Shown here piece after piece: positions 54,875-64,000 of a DNA stretch of 64,000 bases. The number at the start of each line of letters is the position of its first letter. Positions within the stretch are counted from its first letter, which is position 1. The notes below the pieces were generated by a model, which searched no databases, had not been told where the DNA came from, and saw only the letters and a list, made by a program, of their open reading frames with translations. Source of the stretch: Limnohabitans sp. (lineage in GTDB: Bacteria; Pseudomonadota; Gammaproteobacteria; Burkholderiales; Burkholderiaceae_C); assembly GCA_040401495.1 (NCBI GenBank), contig JBBAOI010000009.1. One strand, given 5' to 3'. The position numbers and the translations under genes are program-made.

Positions 54875-56149
54875 TCAAAGACGATGGGTCCCTAAGACCT
54901 GCATATCAGCAACGCCATCAGCCATTCGAGCAACAACCTGCGCTCCAATATTGACTTCTTGAACCGAGGCGATGGCTTGTCCCTGCTTGTTCTCTAACCA
55001 AGCGTAGCCCCGCTGTAAGACCAAGGCGGGGTCAAGCGAGCCCAGCAATAAAGCTGCTTGGGATAATCGTTGACCCATTTGGGCGGGCATATCCTGCGCA
55101 GCCCGGGTCAACCTCATGGCCTGGGGTTCTAGCACCATGGCTTGGCGACTCAGTACTTGCTGCCCCGCTCGTCCTATGCGGGAAGAAAACTGCGATAAAT
55201 GATGCTGCTGCTTGTGGACCCAACTTGAGGGCCTGGCCAACACAGCTTGCAAGCGATCTAGGTTCTGCGCTCGGTTGTCAATCGCTTGTGCCAACTCGGC
55301 ATCCAAAAAAGCTTGGATGGCTGTTAAATCTTGCGCCAAGCTTTCTCTTGGCAACGCACAAAGCTCGGCCGCCGCGGTAGGTGTGGGGGCACGCAAATCG
55401 GCACACAAATCGGCAATGGTGATATCCGTTTCATGACCTACACCAGAAATAACGGGGACGGTGCTGTTGGCAATGGCATGGGCGAGCTGCTCATCGTTAA
55501 AGGCCCATAAATCCTCCATAGAGCCGCCGCCCCTGACCAGCAAAATCACCTCAATTTCAGGCCTGGCCGCCAAGGCTTGCAACGCCTGCACCAGCTGGAG
55601 CGGCGCATCGACCCCTTGCACAGGAGAGGGCGAAATAATCACCGGTATATGAGGGACTCGACGCTGTAGGGCTGTGACCACATCGTGCAAAGCGGCTGCG
55701 CCCAAGGAAGTCACCACGCCGATACATCGGGGATACATGGAAATAGCCCTTTTGCGGTCTTGCGCAAACAGGCCCAGCGCCTCTAGTTTGGCCTTGAGTT
55801 GCAAAAAAGCTTCGTGCAACTGCCCAGCGCCTGCGGGTCGCAAGGCTTCAATCACCAACTGCATCTCGCCCCTTGGCTCGTAAACAGCAACGCGGGCTTG
55901 GGCTTGCACCAACTGCCCATCACGCGGAGAAAAATTCAATTGCTCGGCTGTGCGACGAAATAAAGCGCAGCGGATTTGTGCACTGCCATCTTTGAGGTTG
56001 AAGTAACAGTGTCCACTGCTGGCTTTGGTAAACCCAGACAACTCACCTTGAACCGAGACCATGCTAAAGCGTGCTTTCAAGGAATCGGCAATCGCTTTGT
56101 TCAAAGCGCTGACAGTCCACACATATTGAGCTTGGTTATCGTTGGACAT
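54875..56149 (-). CDS. xseA: Exodeoxyribonuclease VII large subunit
   Basis: ORF trimmed to MSNDNQAQYVWTVSALNKAIADSLKA (ATG 56149). It has an N-terminal OB fold (VSVQGELSGFTKASSGHCYFNLKD), a catalytic region GGGSMEDLWAFNDE and a coiled-coil C-terminus. Confidence 0.9.
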   Translation of the reverse strand: MSNDNQAQYVWTVSALNKAIADSLKARFSMVSVQGELSGFTKASSGHCYFNLKDGSAQIRCALFRRTAEQLNFSPRDGQLVQAQARVAVYEPRGEMQLVIEALRPAGAGQLHEAFLQLKAKLEALGLFAQDRKRAISMYPRCIGVVTSLGAAALHDVVTALQRRVPHIPVIISPSPVQGVDAPLQLVQALQALAARPEIEVILLVRGGGSMEDLWAFNDEQLAHAIANSTVPVISGVGHETDITIADLCADLRAPTPTAAAELCALPRESLAQDLTAIQAFLDAELAQAIDNRAQNLDRLQAVLARPSSWVHKQQHHLSQFSSRIGRAGQQVLSRQAMVLEPQAMRLTRAAQDMPAQMGQRLSQAALLLGSLDPALVLQRGYAWLENKQGQAIASVQEVNIGAQVVARMADGVADMQVLGTHRL

Positions 56150-56194
56150 GCTTAAAGCTGGGTAATAATTGACAGCACATATTGGGAGACGCCT

Positions 56195-56827
56195 TTGTTT
56201 GGAATCATACAAGCCGCTGGATGGCCGATTTGGCCGCTGTTGTTATGCTCAGTCATTGCGTTGGCATTGATCATTGAGCGTTTTTACAACCTGCGAAGCA
56301 GCGTTGTTCTCCCCCCTACGCTCCTTGATAATGTGTTTTCTATTTCGCAACGTGGTGTACCCCGCCCCGAATCGATTCAGCATATTCAGTCCACTTCTGC
56401 TTTAGGGCAAGTCATCAGCGCAGGCTTGTTTTTGCTGCAATCCCAACCCCAGTGCAGCAAAGAAGAGTTTGTGAGTGAAATGCAAGCCAGTGGACGCCGC
56501 GTGGCGGCCAAGCTAGATCGTTATTTAAGTACGCTTGGGTCGATTGCTTCGGTTGCGCCTTTGCTGGGTTTGTTTGGGACTGTTGTAGGCATGATTGAGA
56601 TTTTTGGTTCACAAACCCCAGGTGCGGGCAACCCTGCCCAACTGGCCCATGGCATTTCTGTTGCGCTTTACAACACCGCTTTTGGATTGGTGATCGCCAT
56701 TCCAAGCTTGGTAGCCTGGCGTTATTTGCGCGCCAAGGTAGATAACTTTGTGGTCGAACTCGAAATCGCCGCCGAGCGAATGGTTCACCACTTTTTCACC
56801 CAACGCCCAGCAGCGAGCGCCGCATGA
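56195..56827 (+). CDS. exbB: MotA/TolQ/ExbB family proton channel protein
   Basis: 210-aa ORF with a TTG start preceded by GGGAGA. The N-terminus is MFGIIQAAGWPIWPLLLCSVIALALIIER. There are three TM helices with a conserved GLFGTVVGMI segment. Confidence 0.85.
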   Translation: MFGIIQAAGWPIWPLLLCSVIALALIIERFYNLRSSVVLPPTLLDNVFSISQRGVPRPESIQHIQSTSALGQVISAGLFLLQSQPQCSKEEFVSEMQASGRRVAAKLDRYLSTLGSIASVAPLLGLFGTVVGMIEIFGSQTPGAGNPAQLAHGISVALYNTAFGLVIAIPSLVAWRYLRAKVDNFVVELEIAAERMVHHFFTQRPAASAA

Positions 56828-57255
56828 AGTTTGGTCGCAGCCGTTCGGATGAACCGGAAATCAACCTGATTCCTTTTATTGATGTCTTGTTGGTCGTTCT
56901 GATCTTTTTAATGCTATCGACCACCTATGGTCGATTGACCCAAATTGACCTGAAACTGCCCACCGCAGACTCTGCCCAGCAGCAAGAAAAACCCAATGAA
57001 ATCAGGGTGGTGGTGAGCAGCGATGGCCGTTACTTGGTGCAGAAACAAACGGTAGACGGCACTGACATCCAAGCCATTGTTCAAGCCCTGGCTGAAGCGG
57101 CCAAGGAAACGGCCAACCCCTTGGTGGTTATCAGTGCTGATGCGCGTGCCAGCCATCAATCCGTGATTCAGGTGCTTGAAGCAGCCCAAACCGTGGGCTT
57201 GCAGCAAGTTACCTTTACCGCCCAAAGCCGCTCTCAAGCGACCACCCTTCCTTAA
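56824..57255 (+). CDS. exbD: ExbD/TolR family biopolymer transport protein
   Basis: 143-aa ORF with N-terminus EINLIPFIDVLLVVLIFLM and a periplasmic domain. It has a 4-nt overlap with exbB. Confidence 0.85.
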   Translation: MKFGRSRSDEPEINLIPFIDVLLVVLIFLMLSTTYGRLTQIDLKLPTADSAQQQEKPNEIRVVVSSDGRYLVQKQTVDGTDIQAIVQALAEAAKETANPLVVISADARASHQSVIQVLEAAQTVGLQQVTFTAQSRSQATTLP

Positions 57256-57261
57256 GGCGCA

Positions 57262-58275
57262 ATGCCAAGACCCAGCGACATACTGTTGCACGCTTGGCGC
57301 AAGCCAGGATTGCTAGCTTGTTGTTTATACCCGCTGACTTTCCTCAGCCTCATTTACCTTTGGCTCAGCAGGTTGTCCTATGCGCTAGGCTGGAAAACAT
57401 CCACCCGTTTGCCAGTGCCTGTGCTGGTGGTTGGCAATGTGCTTGTAGGTGGCACAGGCAAAACCCCAGTGGTGATTCACCTTGCCCAACGAATAAGCCA
57501 GCTAGGTTGGCAAGTAGGGGTGATTGCACGTGGTCACGGTGGGCAATCGAATGGCTGGGCCGAAGTCACCGACAACAGTTTGGCCTCGCAAACAGGCGAT
57601 GAAGCGCTTATGCTGAAAAAAAAGCTGGGCTTACCCGTCTACATTGCCAAAAAGCGAGCGCAAGCGGCCTTGGCGCTTTTGCACAAATACCCCCAAACCC
57701 AACTCATCATCAGCGACGATGGGCTGCAGCACCGTGCTTTGCATCACGATATTGCCATCTGCGTTTTTGATGACCGAGGTTTGGGCAATGGTTTTTTGTT
57801 GCCAGCAGGACCTTTGCGTGAAACATGGCCTCGGCAGTTAGTTGAGGGCGTGACGCAAATCAAGGTCCATACAGGCCTAATCGGCTTTGAAGACAGCCTA
57901 GCGGCACATCGCCAACTGGCAGGTTTCGCCGTCAATGGACTGGGAGAGCAACGTGATTTGCGTTTCTGGGCAAACCAATCCGTCAATGCTTTAGCGGCTA
58001 TTGCCAAGCCGCAGGCCTTTTTCGCAGCCCTGCAAAGCGCGGGCTTGAGCCTTTCGCAAACCCAAATATTTCCTGACCATGACCCACTGGCTGATTGGCA
58101 GCCCAGCGATGGGCAGGATGTGATTTGCACTGAAAAAGACGCTGTCAAATTGTGGCCACGTCACCCACAGGTGTGGGCTGTGCCCCTGCAATGCGAACTG
58201 CCAGCGGTTTTTTGGGACGCATTGATGCCGCATTTGCAACGACTATCATTGAGCCATGGACGCCAAACTACTTGA
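57262..58275 (+). CDS. lpxK: Tetraacyldisaccharide 4'-kinase
   Basis: 337-aa ORF with P-loop [13 protein letters not shown] and motifs SDDGLQH and TEKDAVK. Confidence 0.9.
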   Translation: MPRPSDILLHAWRKPGLLACCLYPLTFLSLIYLWLSRLSYALGWKTSTRLPVPVLVVGNVLVGGTGKTPVVIHLAQRISQLGWQVGVIARGHGGQSNGWAEVTDNSLASQTGDEALMLKKKLGLPVYIAKKRAQAALALLHKYPQTQLIISDDGLQHRALHHDIAICVFDDRGLGNGFLLPAGPLRETWPRQLVEGVTQIKVHTGLIGFEDSLAAHRQLAGFAVNGLGEQRDLRFWANQSVNALAAIAKPQAFFAALQSAGLSLSQTQIFPDHDPLADWQPSDGQDVICTEKDAVKLWPRHPQVWAVPLQCELPAVFWDALMPHLQRLSLSHGRQTT

Positions 58276-58438
58276 ACTGCTGGTATGCCCTGTGAGCAAG
58301 GGCAGCCTTGAATACAACCGCGAAAAGGCCGAACTGGTCTCGCGCAGCGCTCGCTTGGCCTACCCCATTCGGGACGGCATTCCTGTGATGCTTGAAATGG
58401 AAGCTCGGGTATTGACTGACGCCGAACTGGAGCTTTGA
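58256..58438 (+). CDS. ycaR: Trm112 family protein (YcaR)
   Basis: 60-aa ORF with motifs [12 protein letters not shown] and [11 protein letters not shown]. The lpxK-ycaR-kdsB order is conserved. Confidence 0.85.
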   Translation: MDAKLLELLVCPVSKGSLEYNREKAELVSRSARLAYPIRDGIPVMLEMEARVLTDAELEL

Positions 58439-60920
<2,482 letters not shown>

Positions 60921-60941
60921 GGGCTTGTAAAAATTAAAAAG

Positions 60942-60957
60942 CTGGTTAAAAATACAG
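60942..60957. promoter_or_regulatory. Putative LexA (SOS) box 1
   Basis: CTGG-TTAAAAAT-ACAG, one mismatch to CTGT-N8-ACAG. It lies in the asparaginase/lexA divergent gap. Confidence 0.6.
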
Positions 60958-60960
60958 TTA

Positions 60961-60976
60961 CTGGATGTCTAAACAG
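60961..60976. promoter_or_regulatory. Putative LexA (SOS) box 2
   Basis: CTGG-ATGTCTAA-ACAG. The 20-mer TACTGGATGTCTAAACAGTG compares well with the consensus TACTGTATATATATACAGTA. It is 3 nt from box 1 and about 50 nt upstream of the lexA ATG. Confidence 0.65.
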
Positions 60977-61027
60977 TGTCTATTGATCTCAAAGAGTATT
61001 TCATTTTCACCTACCTCAGGAGCCGTT

Positions 61028-61693
61028 ATGGAACAAAGCAAGCTCACCGCAAGGCAACAACAAATTCTCTCCTTGATTGAAGCGGCTATTCGCCAAACAG
61101 GTGCTCCGCCCACGCGTGCCGAAATTGCCAAAGAACTTGGCTTCAAGTCAGCCAACGCGGCAGAAGAGCATCTACAAGCTTTAGCGCGCAAGGGATACAT
61201 ACAACTGGTCAGCGGAACCTCACGCGGCATTCGGTTAAAAAACCAAGACCACGCAAGAACCCTGGAGTCTTCTCGTACGCCATATTCATTGTCGTTACCA
61301 GGACTGGGGCAACTAATATTGCCTTTGGTGGGAAGGGTCGCAGCAGGTTCGCCTATTTTGGCGCAAGAGCACATAGAACAAAGTTATGCGGTTCAAAATT
61401 CTTTGTTTTCTGAAACACCCGATTACTTGCTCAAGGTTCGCGGCTTGTCCATGCGCGACATTGGCATTCTTGACGGCGACTTGCTTGCTGTCAAATCCAC
61501 CTCCGATGCACGAAATGGCCAAATCGTGGTTGCCCGTCTTGGCGAAGAAGTTACCGTCAAACGCTTCGAAAAAAATATCTCCGGCATACACCTGCACCCT
61601 GAGAACCCCGATTTTTCAACCATCCACGTCAGCCCTGGCGACAACTTTCACATTGAAGGCTTGGCTGTTGGTCTGATTCGTCACCAGTTTTAA
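61028..61693 (+). CDS. lexA: LexA repressor
   Basis: ORF trimmed to [17 protein letters not shown] (ATG 61028, AGGAG 5 nt upstream). It has a wHTH domain ([32 protein letters not shown]), cleavage site VAAGSP, catalytic Ser in RGLSMRD and Lys in VTVKRF. Confidence 0.93.
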   Translation: MEQSKLTARQQQILSLIEAAIRQTGAPPTRAEIAKELGFKSANAAEEHLQALARKGYIQLVSGTSRGIRLKNQDHARTLESSRTPYSLSLPGLGQLILPLVGRVAAGSPILAQEHIEQSYAVQNSLFSETPDYLLKVRGLSMRDIGILDGDLLAVKSTSDARNGQIVVARLGEEVTVKRFEKNISGIHLHPENPDFSTIHVSPGDNFHIEGLAVGLIRHQF

Positions 61694-61710
61694 CCCTCAT
61701 TGGAACCCTT

Positions 61711-61983
61711 ATGAACCTCGCACTCATCACCTCACAGAAATTGTTCCAGCGCATTGATGCAGCCTATAAAGCACTTTGGCCTGCTAATGACCCCCATATG
61801 ACTGCACCTGTCAACCTATCTTCGCCCCTACCCGCCAAGCCTTTGCGTGTCGTTCGGGTGGCTGAGGAAGGCCACGCATCGCCCAGCAACGCTGGCCGCA
61901 TGGTCATGTCAGGTCGCATGGCCGATATTTGCGCCGAGCTCGATCGCTTGGTACACCTTGAAGCCAGCAAATCACTTCGCTGA
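61711..61983 (+). CDS. Hypothetical protein (90 aa) co-oriented with lexA
   Basis: ORF 17 nt after the lexA stop with no intervening hairpin, a weak SD and no family recognised. The sequence includes PLRVVRVAEEGHASPSNAGRMVMSGRMADICAELDRL. Confidence 0.4.
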   Translation: MNLALITSQKLFQRIDAAYKALWPANDPHMTAPVNLSSPLPAKPLRVVRVAEEGHASPSNAGRMVMSGRMADICAELDRLVHLEASKSLR

Positions 61984-61989
61984 AAAGCT

Positions 61990-62652
61990 TCAGGTTTTCT
62001 TGGCTGAAAGGCTGGCCATCAAGGCAGAATTTTCTTTACGGTCAGCTAGCACTTTTTGCATATGGGGGCTTTCAGCCATTTTTTGGCCATAGGCTTTCAC
62101 AGGTAAATCAGCCAGCAAATCTTCACCAAGCACCAATTTGCAAGCATTGACAGCAATAGGCAAATGAAAAGCAGCGGAGCAATCTGCCAACGTCATGCTG
62201 TCGCCTGCCACATAAGGCGAAAATTTAGCTAATTTGGCAAAACCAGCAACGCCTTTTCTCAAATTTTTACGAACTCGTTCTTTGGTTCCCTCGCTGACCT
62301 GACCGCCAAAAAAGGCTTGGGGATAAAGCTCACGGGCAACCAACTCGATGTGCAACTCTAAATACACAATCAGTTCTCGAACTTTGGCTGCTTGCATCGG
62401 ATCAGCGGGCATCAAAGGATGATCGGGGTAGGCTTGCTCAAGGTACTCGGCAATCACCATGGACTCTGTCAAGCAACCATGCGGGGTCTCTAAGAAAGGT
62501 ACTTTGCCCATGGCCGATCGGCCCATCAATTTAGGATGGCTGTTGCCAACCCACACCAACTCTTCTTCAAAAGGAATGCCTTTTTCAAGCAATTGCAATT
62601 TGATTTTGTTGTAGTAGTTGCTGACAGAAAAGCCACACAATTTTAAAGACAT
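61990..62652 (-). CDS. Glutathione S-transferase family protein
   Basis: ORF trimmed to MSLKLCGFSVSNYYNKIKLQLLEKGIPFEE (ATG 62652, AGGA 8 nt upstream). It has a thioredoxin-like N-domain with the GKVPFLE motif and a helical C-domain. Confidence 0.85.
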   Translation of the reverse strand: MSLKLCGFSVSNYYNKIKLQLLEKGIPFEEELVWVGNSHPKLMGRSAMGKVPFLETPHGCLTESMVIAEYLEQAYPDHPLMPADPMQAAKVRELIVYLELHIELVARELYPQAFFGGQVSEGTKERVRKNLRKGVAGFAKLAKFSPYVAGDSMTLADCSAAFHLPIAVNACKLVLGEDLLADLPVKAYGQKMAESPHMQKVLADRKENSALMASLSAKKT

Positions 62653-62763
62653 GGATGTTCCTTGGTAAGACAAGATCGGCACATTCTGTCACAGCGGCCC
62701 AGAGCCATGCCGATTCAAAGTAACGCAAACAGGTTCAAGACTTGGCAGAGATAATGCTTGGTT

Positions 62764-64000
62764 ATGAATTCTTTATTTCCAACTGTAGGCGTTTGCGGCA
62801 CTGGCGCCATGGGTCAAGGCATTGCTCAAATGGCCGCACAAGCGGGCAGCCAGGTTTTGCTTTTTGACGCAGCAACAGAACGCGCTGTGCAGGCTCAACA
62901 AGCCATTACCTCGCAATGGCAAAAAATGCTCGACAAGCAACGCATCTCGCCTCATCAACACCAAGCCTATCTTGCATCATTAAAAACTGTTGATACTTTG
63001 AAAGCCCTGTCATCTTGCGACTTGGTGGTTGAAGCCATTATTGAAAATGCGCAGGTCAAACAAGCTTTGTTTGCACAACTCTGTGAAGTGCTCTCAGATG
63101 AGGCTGTTTTGGCCACCAATACATCCTCTTTATCCATCACTGCTTTGGCTTGGGGCATAAAGCACCCTGAGCGTTTTGCGGGTTTGCATTTTTTCAACCC
63201 TGTGCCACTGATGAAAGTGGTGGAAGTGGTGCCTGGGCTTGCCACTGCGCCAGCGGTTTGTGAAAAATTAAAAGCCTATGTGCACAGCATGGGTCACCAA
63301 GCGGTTTTGGCGCAAGACACGCCTGGCTTCATCGTCAACCACGCGGGGCGCGGTTATGGCACCGAGGCTTTACGCATCGTCAGCGAAGACGTGGCAGACT
63401 TTGCCACCATCGACCGCATATTGCGTGACCAAGTGGGTTTCAAGCTCGGCCCCTTTGAATTGATGGACTTGACGGCCTTGGATGTCTCGCACCCTGTCAT
63501 GGAGTCCATTTACCACCAGTATTTTGAAGAACCGCGCTACCGCCCCAGCGTCATCACCGCCCAGCGTTTAGCTGGCGGTTGGTTGGGTCGAAAAACCGGT
63601 CAAGGTTTTTACACCTACGCTGAAGGTAAGGCGCAAATTCCCCCTGAAAAAAATGTACCCTCAAGCTCGCTCAAGCCGCCGGTGTGGGTGTCAGCCCGTG
63701 CTGCACGCCGCTCAGAGTTGCTGCAACTGCTAAAAAACCTCGGCGCGGCCATTGAAACCGGGGCTGCGCCTTCCAATCAAGCCCTGTGTTGGGTGGCACC
63801 TTTGGGTTTTGATGTCACCACCTGCGCCATCGTTGAGCGATTGGACCCCGCACGCACCTTGGGCATTGACATGTTGATGCCCGACGACGCCACCCAAAGA
63901 CGGGTGCTGGCCACCAACCCTGCAACCCGCAGCGATATGCGTGACGCGGCTCATGCCCTCATGGCCTCGGACGGCAAAGCCGTGAGCCTCATTCAAGACA
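62764..64000 (+). CDS. 3-hydroxyacyl-CoA dehydrogenase (long, ~500-aa type), 5' part; 3' end lies beyond the window
   Basis: Not in the ORF track (no stop inside the window). My translation from ATG 62764 gives MNSLFPTVGVCGTGAMGQGIAQMAAQAGSQVLLFD (Rossmann). It continues with ..EAIIENAQVKQALF..ATNTSSLSIT..FAGLHFFNPVPLMKVVEVV..DTPGFIVNH..GPFELMDL. The frame stays open to position 64000. Confidence 0.85.
   Translation, partial: MNSLFPTVGVCGTGAMGQGIAQMAAQAGSQVLLFDAATERAVQAQQAITSQWQKMLDKQRISPHQHQAYLASLKTVDTLKALSSCDLVVEAIIENAQVKQALFAQLCEVLSDEAVLATNTSSLSITALAWGIKHPERFAGLHFFNPVPLMKVVEVVPGLATAPAVCEKLKAYVHSMGHQAVLAQDTPGFIVNHAGRGYGTEALRIVSEDVADFATIDRILRDQVGFKLGPFELMDLTALDVSHPVMESIYHQYFEEPRYRPSVITAQRLAGGWLGRKTGQGFYTYAEGKAQIPPEKNVPSSSLKPPVWVSARAARRSELLQLLKNLGAAIETGAAPSNQALCWVAPLGFDVTTCAIVERLDPARTLGIDMLMPDDATQRRVLATNPATRSDMRDAAHALMASDGKAVSLIQD

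Overview
This window is compact chromosomal core DNA from a betaproteobacterium. The gene order looks Burkholderiales/Comamonadaceae-like, but the taxon is inference only. I count about 60 protein genes and one tRNA-Lys(UUU). There is very little non-coding DNA: most junctions are 4-nt ATGA overlaps or gaps under 100 bp.

Left to right:
- Partial fadB-like gene, then livF-livG-livM-livH, a binding protein and an acyl-CoA ligase (minus strand).
- selO-msrB-yciB-bolA-parvulin PPIase (plus).
- A small unknown ORF and purL (minus).
- map-glnD (plus).
- A 430-bp gap holding an inverted pair of REP-like repeats.
- ROK kinase, ligA, zipA, smc and an orphan Hpt gene (minus).
- dapC-dapD-dapE-prmB-ABC-F (plus).
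- tRNA-Lys, tcdA, cpoB, pal, tolB and a GT2 glycosyltransferase (minus).
- msbA (plus).
- A 12.3-kb uninterrupted minus-strand train: clpS-clpA-yebC-purD-hemF-nadD-rsfS-rlmH-maf-rng-deacetylase-GT4-GT9.
- A cspD-like gene, icd, a DUF192 gene and xseA.
- exbB-exbD-lpxK-ycaR-kdsB-adk.
- An asparaginase, then lexA with tandem SOS boxes and a small unknown downstream ORF.
- A GST and a partial 3-hydroxyacyl-CoA dehydrogenase.

I see no CRISPR array, IS element, integrase, prophage, toxin-antitoxin pair or recognisable defence gene, and I could not find a convincing novel multi-gene system. The most unusual items are:
- the structured inverted repeat pair at 19.6-19.9 kb;
- the lexA locus, with two CTGG-N8-ACAG boxes and a co-oriented 90-codon ORF;
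- an orphan Hpt gene heading the smc operon;
- RsfS with a histone-H1-like tail;
- an LPS glycosyltransferase translationally coupled to tolB.

All product calls rest on motif recognition in the supplied translations and on my own reading of the DNA. No database search or computation was possible.
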